From positions 1 through 56,057 of the forward strand of contig CAYZBZ010000002.1 in NCBI GenBank assembly GCA_964476725.1: a stretch of 56,057 bases of DNA, read 5' to 3'. This document shows, piece by piece, positions 28,300-38,535 of the stretch; the stretch's first letter is position 1, and each line of letters opens with the position of its first letter. Made by a program: the position numbers and the translations under genes. The stretch comes from an uncultured Vicinamibacterales bacterium (GTDB lineage Bacteria > Acidobacteriota > Vicinamibacteria > Vicinamibacterales > 2-12-FULL-66-21). Under the pieces are notes generated by a model. It was not told where the DNA came from. It saw only the letters and a list, made by a program, of their open reading frames with translations, and did no database searches.

Positions 28300-29397
28300 A
28301 TGACCAGGTCCGCAACGGAGTACAAGAGTCCTCTGCATCGGATGACGCAGACCACGTGCACGTGTCTGTGGAACGACTCGTCGTCTCTGCAGGAGCTCGG
28401 TTACGCCATCGAGCACGGCGCGGTCGGCGCGACGTGCAATCCCGTCATCGTGGTGGACGTGCTCAAAAAGGAGATGCATCTCTGGAAGGATCGCATCCAG
28501 GAGCTCATTCGCCTGATGCCGACCGCCACCGAACACGACATCGCGTGGAAGGTCGTGGACGAGATGACCACAAAAAGCGCGGAGCTGCTGAAACCGGTCT
28601 TCGATGCCCACAACGGCAGGAACGGGAGGCTCTCGGTGCAGACCGACCCCCGGTTCTATCGCGATACCGACGCCATCGTCCGGCAGGCGGAGCACTTCGC
28701 GCAGCTCGCGCCGAACATCATCGTCAAGATTCCGGTCACCGCAGCCGGGATCCCCGCCATCGAGGAAGCGACGTATCGCGGGATCAGCATCAATGCGACG
28801 GTCTGTTTTTCGCTGCCGCAATGTGTCGAGGTGGGTGAGGCGGTCGAACGTGGACTGAAGCGGCGGGAGCGTGACGGCAAGGATGTCACGACCATGGGCC
28901 CGGTCTGCACGATTATGGTGGGCCGGCTGGACGATTGGCTGAAGGTCGCCGCCGACAAGCAGAACATCAGCGTCGATCCTGGAGTGCTCGAGTGGGCCGG
29001 GCTCGCGGTGTTCAAGAAGACCTACCGGCTGTTTCAGGAACGGCGCTATCGCATTCGCCTCCTCTCGGCGGCGTTTCGAAACCACATGCACTGGAGCGAG
29101 CTCGTCGGCGGTGACGTCGTCATTTCGCCGCCGCACGCATGGCAGAAGCGCTTCAACGCCAGCGATGTCGCCGTTGAGCCGCGCATCGACAACGCGATCG
29201 CGCCGGCCATCCTCTCCGCCCTCGACAAATTCGCTGACTTCCGCAGAGCCTCGATGGAGGGGGGGCTCTCACGCGAGGAGTTCGACATGTTTCCCCCGAC
29301 CCGCCGCACGCTGCGCCAGTTCATTGCCGCGTGCCACGACCTGGACGGCCAGATTCGAGAGCTGATGCTCCCGAACCCGGACGTCACAGGCGGTTAA
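28300..29397 (+). CDS. Transaldolase family protein
   Basis: WNDS, GATCNP, IIVKIP (Schiff-base Lys), INATVCFS, MVGRLDD; GGAGG RBS. Confidence 0.9.
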   Translation: MTRSATEYKSPLHRMTQTTCTCLWNDSSSLQELGYAIEHGAVGATCNPVIVVDVLKKEMHLWKDRIQELIRLMPTATEHDIAWKVVDEMTTKSAELLKPVFDAHNGRNGRLSVQTDPRFYRDTDAIVRQAEHFAQLAPNIIVKIPVTAAGIPAIEEATYRGISINATVCFSLPQCVEVGEAVERGLKRRERDGKDVTTMGPVCTIMVGRLDDWLKVAADKQNISVDPGVLEWAGLAVFKKTYRLFQERRYRIRLLSAAFRNHMHWSELVGGDVVISPPHAWQKRFNASDVAVEPRIDNAIAPAILSALDKFADFRRASMEGGLSREEFDMFPPTRRTLRQFIAACHDLDGQIRELMLPNPDVTGG

Positions 29398-29858
29398 CGG
29401 CCCGAAAGCTTTCCGCCGCATGGCCGAAACCGGACGGGGAACGTTTGTCGGCCCGGATCCTGCTGGAACTGCAGCGCCAGGAACTTCCGCTCCTCGCCCG
29501 TCAGCGCTCGCTCCGCCCATGGGAGCGGCCATGGGACCTCACGCCCTGAAGCGCGCTGCCACCCCGGGACACGGCTCGGTGCCTCGGGTACCGGACTCAG
29601 GGGTTCACAATGTTTTGCCTTCTCCCAAGACTCTTCACAGCTGAGACATCTCGCCTGCGGCTAAATTACTCGCATCATGCGGCACAGGGGCAAGGGAGAA
29701 GGGGAGAAGGGGAGCCCGCTCGGTTTTCAGCCAGTCGCAGGAGCGAGCGCGTGGTTGCCGGACCGAACCGCTTTCCACCGCAACGGAGAATCTGACAAAG
29801 TAGGGTCAATTCATGTCACTTGCCAGCGGCGAACTTCAGCAAAAGAAAGGATGGGGAT

Positions 29859-31292
29859 ATGCAAGATCCTGCGACTCCGGTACTTACCAGCACTTTCGAA
29901 GACAGGAAGACCACCAGGCGTGCGTTTCTGGGTGCAGCAGGCGTGGCAGCAATGACGGCGGCATCCTACAAGCGTGTGCTGGGCGCCAATGAGCGTATCG
30001 GTATCGGACTCGTTGGATTTGGCTTGATTGGCAGGCAACACATTACGGACCTCAAGAAATTCAAGGACGTTGATCTGCTGGGCATATGCGACGCCTACAA
30101 GCCGCGACTGGATGAGGGCCTTGCTTATGTGGGAAATCCGAATGCCAGGGGCTACGCCGATTTCCGGAAGATGTACGAGAACAAGGATATTCAGGGAGTT
30201 CTCGTCGCCACGCCGGACCACTGGCATGCACTGCTTACCATTATGGCGTGTGCAGCCGGAAAGGACGTCTATGTCGAAAAGCCGATGACCCTCTTCATCG
30301 ACGAAGGCAAGTGGATGGTGCAAGCTGCCCGCAAGTACAACCGAATCGTTGTCGTGGGAACTCAGCGGCGCCACGGCAGGGGCGTTATGGAGGCCAAGAA
30401 AGTGGTGGAGGGCGGCACGCTCGGAAAGATCCATTCGATCCGGATTGCCTCATACCGCAACATCTATCCGGGATTCGGCAAGACCTCTGTTTCCGCCCCC
30501 CCCGCCGGGTTCGACTATGACATGTGGCTTGGCCCGGCAGAGAAGAAGCCCTACACGGCTCATCGGGGGCTTTACCATTTCCGCTGGTTTTGGGACTATT
30601 CCGGCGGCCAGATGACGAACCTCGGCGCCCACCTGATAGACCAGATTCTCTGGGTCATGAATGCGAAGGGCCCAACTCAAGTGTCCTCCATGGGAGGGCG
30701 TTATGCGCTGGAAGACGACGGGGAGACGCCGGATTTGCAGGACACGACGTGGGTGTTCCCCGGTTTCACCCTGAACTTTGCAGTCCGCGAAGCCAACGCC
30801 ATGCGCACTGATGCCGCCGCCCGCGGGCAGCTCTATTCAGGGACCAAGGGCACCATGATCCTGGCCGGCAACTACGAGGTGCAGCCGGAGAACAAGATCG
30901 ACGCGGTCAATGACATCCCGCGGTTCTCGGGTCATCCCGTTGGCGGTCCGGTCTATACGGATACGAAGCCGACACCATGGATCCCGGCTGCCAAAGGAGG
31001 CGTCGAATCCGATGCCCGCTACGGAACTGGCGGCGAAGACACGCTCGCAATGAACAAGCAGGATTGGCTGAATTCAATGCGCAGCCGAAAGCGCCCGTTC
31101 TGCGAGGTGGAAGATGGGCATCGGGTAGCGGTGGTCTGCAACCTTGCCAACATGTCTCTCCGGCTCGGCCGAACAATTCGATGGGACCCCGAGAAGGAAC
31201 AGGTGATCGGCGATAAGGAAGCCGCGGCAATGTGCGTCAAGCAGTACCGTGCGCCGTGGGATAGCGCCCTGAAAAGCGTCGTCAAGGTTTAG
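29859..31292 (+). CDS. Tat-exported Gfo/Idh/MocA oxidoreductase
   Basis: TRRAFL, TPDHWH, DVYVEKP, YDMWLGPA, DYSGG. Confidence 0.92.
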   Translation: MQDPATPVLTSTFEDRKTTRRAFLGAAGVAAMTAASYKRVLGANERIGIGLVGFGLIGRQHITDLKKFKDVDLLGICDAYKPRLDEGLAYVGNPNARGYADFRKMYENKDIQGVLVATPDHWHALLTIMACAAGKDVYVEKPMTLFIDEGKWMVQAARKYNRIVVVGTQRRHGRGVMEAKKVVEGGTLGKIHSIRIASYRNIYPGFGKTSVSAPPAGFDYDMWLGPAEKKPYTAHRGLYHFRWFWDYSGGQMTNLGAHLIDQILWVMNAKGPTQVSSMGGRYALEDDGETPDLQDTTWVFPGFTLNFAVREANAMRTDAAARGQLYSGTKGTMILAGNYEVQPENKIDAVNDIPRFSGHPVGGPVYTDTKPTPWIPAAKGGVESDARYGTGGEDTLAMNKQDWLNSMRSRKRPFCEVEDGHRVAVVCNLANMSLRLGRTIRWDPEKEQVIGDKEAAAMCVKQYRAPWDSALKSVVKV

Positions 31293-31565
31293 CGGCGTAC
31301 TGCTCAACGCTCGCGCTCGGGGCGCTGGCGTTAAGTGTTGTCCCATTCAGCGGGGCCGGATTTGGACGGAAAGGGCGTCCTCAATCGCTCGACTGTGCCC
31401 ATTGCTGTGCCCAAGGTCTGCACCGGACCGAGCAGACGAAACTGTTGCCTGTCTGGGACTTAGCCCGAAATTTCGGCCCGTTTTTCGTTGGGAACTTGGT
31501 TGCCGTTGGGTATCTCGCGTTCAGGGCGCGACCCCGTGCGTCCGGGAACCGAAAGGGAGGGCGGC

Positions 31566-32534
31566 ATGACACGTACGCGGGTGGTCGTCCTGGCAGCCGC
31601 TTGTGTGCTGGCGGCGGGAGCATTCGTGGCCGCACCCGTCGAGCAGGCGGCCGTGCGCATCACGAAGGACCCGCAGGGCTACTGGTTCACCGAGGGCGAT
31701 ACCAAGGTTCTGTTCTATCAGGCCGAGCGCAAGGCGCTGCCCGATGGTCAGGCCGCGCGGTCGAACTACTTCCATCCGCTCTACGATCTGGACGGCAACG
31801 TCTTGACCGAGGATTTCCCCAAGGATCATATCCATCACCGCGGCATCTTCTGGGCCTGGCACCAGGTGCGGATTAACGGCACGACCGTGCAGGACCAGTG
31901 GGTCAACCGCGACTCGTTCTGGACGGTGCAGAACGCCCGGGTTGGTTCCGATGCCCACTCCGCCTCGCTCGCGCTTCGCGTCGTCTGGGAATCGCCGCTG
32001 TTCACGGATGCCCAGGGCCAGCGCCGGCCGTTCGTCGAGGAGCGGAGCGTCACGCGCGTTCACCGGGCCGAGGGGACGATTCGCAAAGTCGACTTCCACC
32101 AGCGGCTGACGGCGCTCGTCGATGGCGTCGAGATCGGCGGATCGGAAGACGCCAAGGGCTACGGCGGCTTCTCGTACCGCGTCGTGATGCCGCCCGACAT
32201 CCGCTTCACGGGCGCGCAGGGCGTCGTCACGCCGATTGAGAATGCTGTCAGTTCGAGCCCGTGGATGGATGTGTCGGGGAGTTATGGGGCGTCGGGGAAG
32301 AGCGGCCTGACGGTCCTGACACACCCGAGTACGACGGGGTTCCCGCAGCCCTGGATCCTTCGCGCGCGGGGCAGCATGCAGAACGCCGTCTACCCCGGTC
32401 GGCAGCCCGTCGCCATTCCGCGCGACCGGCCGGTGATCCTGCGCTATCGCATCGTGCTGCATCGCGGCGAGCTCGCGCCGGCCGACATCGGACGCCTGCA
32501 GGCGGAATACGCCGGGGAGAGGATCGCGCAGTGA
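31566..32534 (+). CDS. Secreted DUF6807/PmoA-label family protein
   Basis: Signal peptide; YFHPL, DHIHHRGIFWAW, KGYGGF, HPS motifs. Confidence 0.75.
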   Translation: MTRTRVVVLAAACVLAAGAFVAAPVEQAAVRITKDPQGYWFTEGDTKVLFYQAERKALPDGQAARSNYFHPLYDLDGNVLTEDFPKDHIHHRGIFWAWHQVRINGTTVQDQWVNRDSFWTVQNARVGSDAHSASLALRVVWESPLFTDAQGQRRPFVEERSVTRVHRAEGTIRKVDFHQRLTALVDGVEIGGSEDAKGYGGFSYRVVMPPDIRFTGAQGVVTPIENAVSSSPWMDVSGSYGASGKSGLTVLTHPSTTGFPQPWILRARGSMQNAVYPGRQPVAIPRDRPVILRYRIVLHRGELAPADIGRLQAEYAGERIAQ

Positions 32535-32598
32535 GCAGCCGTCAGCGGTGAGCGGTGGGTGCTGAGCGATGACGTTTAGGAGAGAAGTGCGCCGACGC

Positions 32599-33462
32599 CT
32601 ACCGCTTGAGCGCCTCGGCGACGAACGCGAACAACTCCGTCGTCACGGGATCGTTTGCCGCGCCGATGTTGTCGTTGATGCTCGCGTGCGTTGTCTCGCG
32701 CCCGGCGACGACCTTTGCGGAAATCCCTGCTGTCTCGAGCACGGCGGCCAGGCGTCGTGCCTGCGCGCCGGTGTCGGGGTGGCCGGCGATGTGCAGGATG
32801 AGGAACGGAGGAATGCCCTTGTTCCTCGCGACGTGCGTCACGGCGGAGAAGTCGCGGTGCTTCGCGGGGTCATCGCCGAACTTCTGGCGATGACCATAGG
32901 TCGGCAGCGCCAGGTGGTGCACCCTGGCGCGCGTTTCGGCCATCTCGATAATCGCGGGAATGTCGAAGGTGTCAGCATCCACGGGCACGCAGCCCTTGAT
33001 GATCGTCAGTGAGAAGCCTTCCGCTTTCGCATGGCGATCGTCCGTGCACATCAGCGCGGCGAGCTGCCCGCCTGACGAGTGGCCCATGACCAGCAGTCTG
33101 GTCGGGTCACCGCCGTGCGTCGCGATGTTCTTGTGTACCCAGCCCAGCGCGCTCGCGACGTCGCGGGTGATGGCGCCCATGTCGACGGTTGGCAGCAGGC
33201 GGTGGTTGATGGACACGAAGACGAAGCCCGCGTCCATGAAGGCCTTCGGCTTGAGGGCCACCATGCTCTTGTCGCCCGTCTGCCAGCCGCCGCCGTGAAT
33301 CCAGAACACCACGGGCAGGTTCTTCGCGCCGGCGGGCGCATGCACATCGAGCACCTGCCGTTCGTGCGCCGTGGCGTAGGGGATATCGCGTGTCACACGC
33401 TGGGCGTGCGCTTCGGAGACACACGCGACGGCGACGAGGAGGAGGCAGGTGAAGTGTCTCAT
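32599..33462 (-). CDS. Secreted alpha/beta hydrolase (HSL-like esterase)
   Basis: HGGGW oxyanion motif, GHSSG nucleophile elbow, distal His; signal peptide. Confidence 0.92.
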   Translation of the reverse strand: MRHFTCLLLVAVACVSEAHAQRVTRDIPYATAHERQVLDVHAPAGAKNLPVVFWIHGGGWQTGDKSMVALKPKAFMDAGFVFVSINHRLLPTVDMGAITRDVASALGWVHKNIATHGGDPTRLLVMGHSSGGQLAALMCTDDRHAKAEGFSLTIIKGCVPVDADTFDIPAIIEMAETRARVHHLALPTYGHRQKFGDDPAKHRDFSAVTHVARNKGIPPFLILHIAGHPDTGAQARRLAAVLETAGISAKVVAGRETTHASINDNIGAANDPVTTELFAFVAEALKR

Positions 33463-33804
33463 CGAGTCATCCTATTTCAGTCGGGCGGGAGGAGTTCACC
33501 GTCGCCGAGACTCGAAGACGATAGACCGACGACGGGTTTCACATGACGTTTGCGTGTGCCCAAGAGTGTGCCCGTCCGATCGTCGCGATCGGCATGCTGC
33601 GGATTGTGGAACTCATTGCGTCTCAGAGCATTAGCGGCGAGGCGGCGGTTTTTCAAACCGGCGTGATCGGCAATCCGCCCCCCGGAGAAAATCGCAGGAT
33701 CCGCAAGTGCTTGCGGATCGTATACTTGCAGACGCGCTGGTGGGCACACGGCAGCCAATGCCATGTGTGCCTTCCGCGCACACGTCGTCAATATCTGCGA
33801 CCAG

Positions 33805-33866
33805 AAGTACTTCGCCTGGGATGACGCGAAGAACGTCGAAGCTCAGGAAGGAGCGCGGCATCGGTG
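33805..33866 (+). pseudogene. N-terminal scrap of a BrnT-like toxin gene
   Basis: KYFAWDDAKN then, after a frameshift, KLRKERGIG. Confidence 0.6.
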
Positions 33867-33904
33867 CTGCGCGTCATGGGACCCGCAGCGCCTTCGCCTT
33901 GGCA

Positions 33905-34399
33905 CTACTTCCTCTTCTCGAACAGGAGATCGAGCCACCAGGGGCTTTCGCCGGGGCGCTCCTTCTTACGCTCCGCCAGGCGCCCGGTCAGGCTCTCGAT
34001 CCGGATGCGATAGACCATCGCCATCCGCACCTCCCGGCGCGGATTGGACGCTGCCGGTTCCCACCATTCGGGGGCGCTCTGAAACAATTCCTGCGCCCGC
34101 TGCCCCTCGGCTTCCTGGCTGGGCATGTGCAGCAATTCCTCGTATGTTCCGAACGCGATGACCGTCGCCCACTGTGTTCGGTCGACGATCTCGTCCACCT
34201 GGACGCAGACGCGGGGGTTTTCGCGCATCCACGCGATCTTCTGACCGAGCGTCGCAAAGGAGTACAGCCAATCCCCGTCGAAATAGACGTGGACGGGCAC
34301 GACGTAGGGCTGGTTGTCGCGGGCGCAGGCGAGCCTGGCAATCGACGCTCGCTTCAGAACGTCGTGACACTCGGGCGTGGTCAGTTCGCGGATGAGCAT
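33905..34399 (-). CDS. Pyridoxamine 5'-phosphate oxidase-like flavin-binding protein
   Basis: ARLAC, QPYVVP, GQKIAWMRENPRVC, WATVIAFG.YEE. Confidence 0.9.
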   Translation of the reverse strand: MLIRELTTPECHDVLKRASIARLACARDNQPYVVPVHVYFDGDWLYSFATLGQKIAWMRENPRVCVQVDEIVDRTQWATVIAFGTYEELLHMPSQEAEGQRAQELFQSAPEWWEPAASNPRREVRMAMVYRIRIESLTGRLAERKKERPGESPWWLDLLFEKRK

Positions 34400-34510
34400 G
34401 GGGTCAAGTCCTGTGGACGTTGGGCTCCGGACTTCCCTCTCACTATGGCACAATGACCGGAGACGGTCGGCGTGGTCCGGCAGGATCGCGCTGCGACGGG
34501 CTCTGCCAGC

Positions 34511-36070
34511 ATGATCCCCAAGCCGCCGTTCGCCTCTGACCTCTCCCTCGAAGACGAGCTTGCCGCCTTCGAGCGGCTCAAGCCCCGCCTTGCTGAAATT
34601 TGGAGCGCCCTGACGGCCAGCGACGACCGGAGCTATACCTCCGTGGTCGTGCCGTCGATGACGCTGGACCAGAGCGAGCTGCGGAAACTCGTCGGCGCCC
34701 CGTTCTACGAAGAGCGATTGCTGCTGCTGTTGATCCGGCTGCGCAATCCGAAGGCGCACGTGGTCTACGTCACCTCTTATCCCGTGCACCCGTTGATCCT
34801 CGACTACTACCTCACGCTGCTGATGGGCGTCCCCGCGAGCCACGCGCGGAGACGTCTGACGATGCTGTGCGCGCATGATTCGTCGCCGCGTCCACTCACG
34901 CAGAAGATCCTCGAACGGCCCCGCCTGGTGGAGCGCATCCGGAGCGCGATCGTCGATCCCGCGCAGGCCTACATGACGGTCTTCAACTCGACTCCGCTCG
35001 AGCGGAAACTCTCGGTGCTCCTGGGCATCCCGTTGAATGGCCTGGATCCGAGGCTGCAGCACCTCGGCACGAAGTCGGGTAGCCGCAAGATCTTCCGCGA
35101 AGCGGGTGTCGAGATGGCATCTGGATTCGAGGACCTGACCTCCGAAGCCGACGTGATCGAGGCGCTTCTCGAGCTGCGGCGTCGCAAGCCGGGTCTGCGC
35201 CAGGCAATCGTCAAGCTGAACGAGAGTTTCTCAGGTGAAGGTAATGCCGTCTGCACGCTCCCCGCGGAGTCGAGCAGGGAGTCGGTGCAGCGGACGTTGC
35301 AGTCACTGGAATTTGCGATCCCGAGCGAGACGCACGAGAGCTATTTCTCGAAGTTCAGCGGCATGGGCGGCATCGTCGAGGAGTTCATCGAAGGGGCGCA
35401 GAAAGCCTCGCCGAGCGCGCAGTTGCGCACCAGCCCCGATGGCCGCGTTTTGCTCATTTCAACTCACGACCAGATCCTCGGCGGGCCCTCCAGCCAGGTC
35501 TATGTCGGCTGCAGCTTCCCGGCCCAGGACGCTTACCGGCCGGTCGTCCAGGAGCTTGCGTTGCGGATCGGTCGTGTCCTCGCCGATCACGGCGTCGTCA
35601 GCCGCTTCGGGATCGATTTCGTGGCGACCCGTCAGAACAGCCGTGCGCCGTGGCGTGTGAGTGCGCTGGAGATCAATTTGCGAGTCGTCGGCACGACGCA
35701 TCCATTCCTGGCGCTCAGATTTCTGACCGGCGGAGAGTTGAACCAGTCGTCCGGGCTATTCCATTCCTTGAGCCGCCGCGCCAAGTACTACAAGGCTACA
35801 GACAACCTGCAGTCGGAGGCGTATTGCGGATTGCTTCCTGAAGACCTGATGGACATAGTCAGCGTCCATCAGCTCCACTACAACCATCGCACGGAATCAG
35901 GCGTGCTGTTTCACCTGATCGGCGCGCTCTCCGAATACGGCAAGCTCGGGGTGACCGCGATTGCCAACAGTCCCGCGGAGGCGCGGGAGCTTTACGATCG
36001 GACCCTGGCCGCGCTCGACATCGAGACGCGCTTCGGACGCACGCGGGCTGCGAACGAGCAGCCCATATAA
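34511..36070 (+). CDS. PGM1-related ATP-grasp peptide ligase family protein
   Basis: VVPS, YEERLL, GTKSGSRKIF, VKLNESFSGEGN, EEFIEG, SPSAQ, EINLR..GTTHP. Confidence 0.85.
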   Translation: MIPKPPFASDLSLEDELAAFERLKPRLAEIWSALTASDDRSYTSVVVPSMTLDQSELRKLVGAPFYEERLLLLLIRLRNPKAHVVYVTSYPVHPLILDYYLTLLMGVPASHARRRLTMLCAHDSSPRPLTQKILERPRLVERIRSAIVDPAQAYMTVFNSTPLERKLSVLLGIPLNGLDPRLQHLGTKSGSRKIFREAGVEMASGFEDLTSEADVIEALLELRRRKPGLRQAIVKLNESFSGEGNAVCTLPAESSRESVQRTLQSLEFAIPSETHESYFSKFSGMGGIVEEFIEGAQKASPSAQLRTSPDGRVLLISTHDQILGGPSSQVYVGCSFPAQDAYRPVVQELALRIGRVLADHGVVSRFGIDFVATRQNSRAPWRVSALEINLRVVGTTHPFLALRFLTGGELNQSSGLFHSLSRRAKYYKATDNLQSEAYCGLLPEDLMDIVSVHQLHYNHRTESGVLFHLIGALSEYGKLGVTAIANSPAEARELYDRTLAALDIETRFGRTRAANEQPI

Positions 36071-36076
36071 TCCCTC

Positions 36077-36280
36077 TTGGACATCCTCCTCGGCGGTCGT
36101 CACGCTGTTTCTCATCATGGATCCGCTGGGGAACATCCCGCTGTTCCTCTCGACGCTGAAAACCGTCGATCCCGCCCGGCGCCGGCTGGTGCTCCTTCGC
36201 GAGATCGGCTTCGCGTATGTCGTGCTGCTCGCCTGCCTGTTCGTCGGGAGCAAAGCACTGCAGCTGCTCGGCCTCGAAGA
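36077..36280 (+). pseudogene. MarC family membrane protein, frameshifted and truncated
   Basis: MDIL / SAVVTLFLIMDPLGNIPLFLS...; breaks off after ~68 codons. Confidence 0.8.
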
Positions 36281-36855
36281 CGTTCGCGTTCGATACGGGT
36301 TGGCGCATCAACAGCGAGGTCCTGCCGCTGCAATGGCGGCAGGTCGACGTGAAGGCCGGTGAGGTCCGTCTGGACCCAGGGACGACGAAGAATCTCGAAG
36401 GTCGCGTCTTCTACCTGACGTCGGAGCTGAAGGATCTGCTGAAGCCGCAACGCAAAACTGCTGATCGGATTCAGCGTCGGAAGGGCATTATCGTCCAGCA
36501 CGTCTTCTTCCACGACGTGCCCACCAAGAACGGCGACGTCGGCTTCTGCTCGGGCCATGCGATCGCGCCCAGCGGCTTCTACCACGCGTGGTGCCGCGCC
36601 CGGCTCGCCGCCGGTTGCCCGAGCAGTATTCCGCACGACTTCCGCCGCACCGCCATCCGGAACATGGTCCGCGCCGGCATTTCCGAACGCGTGGTGATGA
36701 AATTGAGCGGCCACAAGACGCGCAGCGTGTTCGATCGCTATAATGTCGTCAGCGATGGAGACCTGCGGGAGGCTGCGCGTCGGCTTGGGCACACTGGCGG
36801 GCACACTAGCTCGACCGTAGTCGGCTCCGGTCAGAAGACTCAACAAAATCCTTAG
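36280..36855 (+). pseudogene. Tyrosine integrase, catalytic domain only (5'-truncated)
   Basis: TGWR, TTKN, HDFRR, SGHK, FDRY (R-K-H-R-H-Y); fused to the MarC scrap; ends 12 bp before the tRNA 5'-half. Confidence 0.9.
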
Positions 36856-36867
36856 CAATTTCGATAC

Positions 36868-36908
36868 GGTGAGGTGGCCGAGTGGCCGAAGGCGGCGGTT
36901 TGCTAAAC
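36868..36908 (+). repeat. att site: exact copy of the 5' 41 nt of tRNA-Ser(GCT)
   Basis: GGTGAGGTGGCCGAGTGGCCGAAGGCGGCGGTTTGCTAAAC is identical to 42625-42665. Confidence 0.95.
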
Positions 36909-37279
36909 GGAAAGCCGCCTCTCCGCAACCCTCGATTATCCTCGTAAATCCTTCCGTTTCATTCACTTCTCCGATCAGTCGCTTGGGCTGGTGTTGGCTC
37001 TGGAGGCGCTGTTTTGGCGCGACACAGGGACAATCCTAGGGACAGCGTGGCCGCTTCCTAGCTGTGACCTGACGACGCGGCGGAAGCTACACCATCGCGT
37101 ACGTTGATCGCGCCATCGCTTCAGTGCTGATGGGTTTGTCGGGTAGTCTCATCGCATCAAGGCGTTAGTGATCGCTCGAGGGTTGTGACGACACTCCGAC
37201 ACTGGCCGTCTCTCCGCGAATGTCAGGTGTCCGCGGCGCCGTGACCGGAAGCTCGAACATTTGGTAGGCGAGGGTACCC

Positions 37280-38068
37280 ATGCCCACGTACGACGACTTC
37301 GAGAAAGCACCGCACGCGAGCCTGATGGGTTCCCTGAAAGGACACGAGGCGGAGGGGACGGCGATGGCGTGGTCTCCTGATGGGGAGAGGCTCGCTTCCA
37401 CGTCCGTCGACGGTGTGCTCAACATCTGGACGAAATCGACTCCATTACCCGCCCGCGCTTCAGGGTGCCCAGGCGGATGCGCCACGGCGAGCTGACCAGT
37501 CTCGCCTGGAGCCCTGATGGCGGCTTCGTCGCCTGTGGTTCGCCCACAGGACCACTAGAGGTCTGGGAGGCGGAAGGGTTCACGAAAGCCTGGGACGAGG
37601 ATTCTGGCGCAAGGTCGGCCATCCAGTGCGTCGCCTGGGGAACCGGACCAACCCAGGCCGATCTCCCGCTGGTATTCGCTGGCGACGACCACGTGGTGCA
37701 CTTTCGGAACTATCGAAACGCTTTCACGCCGGATGTCGAGCGCGGCATCGGACATCAATCACCAGTCCTGGCCGCGGCGCGGTCGCTCGACGGGAAGGCG
37801 GTGGTGTCCGGCACCCTCGACGAGACGATCGGCGTGCGGAAGCCAACCGAGCTGACGAACGAGCTTTCGATCGATCGTTCTGTGCTGGCAGGGCATTTTC
37901 GCGCATAAGGGCGCGGTCAGGACGCTGGCGTTCTGCGGCGGGACCGGCACGCTGGCGTCCGGCGGACGCGACGGCCGCGTGCATCTATGGGACGTCGCGG
38001 ACGAAGTCCTCGTCGACCAACTCGCGGTGGAACGCAACGAGCAAGTCGTCGAGCTCGCGTTCGGCAAG
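37280..38068 (+). pseudogene. WD40 repeat protein, frameshifted
   Basis: GHEAE..AWSPDG.RLAS...LNIW; LAWSPDG; GHQSPV; LASGGRDGRVHLWDV, spread over several frames. Confidence 0.8.
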
Positions 38069-38535
38069 GACGCGAAACTCCGGATGCCGCACGCGTGTCC
38101 CGAAGATCTGGACCACAGTTCCCGGCGCGGCCTGGACCGCGCGCTCATCCGGCAACTGGCGACGTGTCGGTGGATCGCCGAGCATCAGAACGTCCTGGTG
38201 ACCCAGGGTACAGCATCCCCTGAATTCCGGTCTCGCCCAGGTGAACGGCCAAGACGACTGTGGAAATGACGCCCTAAACCCACAAACGGTTTCCACAGGG
38301 AATGTGGAAATCTCGCACAGAACGCGAGATTCCCACATTCCCACAAGCCGATCATCCTTAAATGGAAAATGATGAAGAACCGACTCGGTTGTGTGGGAAG
38401 GTCCGAACTCGTAAACTGCCAGCGCCCATCGTGCCTTCGCTCCCGATCACCACGCGTGGTCCGACTGATCACGATGACGTGGACGCGCCGATCACGATGC
38501 CCAGGACCAACTGATCACGATGCGTGGAATGCGCA
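38069..38535 (+). mobile_element. IS21-family remnant: istB fragment plus right end
   Basis: AKLR..AC.EDLD....RGLDRALIRQLATCRWIAEHQNVLVT; four GATCAC repeats at 22-23 bp spacing (38445-38518); terminus ...GGAATGCGCA. Confidence 0.75.
38298..38342. repeat. 19-bp stem hairpin
   Basis: GGGAATGTGGAAATCTCGC-acagaac-GCGAGATTCCCACATTCCC (1 mismatch). Confidence 0.85.

Noticed and set aside
31566-32534. Methane monooxygenase, from the PmoA family label
   Set aside because: Soluble secreted protein with no multi-TM topology and no pmoB/pmoC.
33634-33665. Functional tRNA (e.g. tRNA-Sec) around TTCAAA
   Set aside because: Only an anticodon-arm-like stem; no acceptor stem or T arm.
38445-38535. Mini CRISPR array
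   Set aside because: Repeats of about 10 bp at a 22-23 bp period with no cas genes; fits IS21 subterminal repeats.
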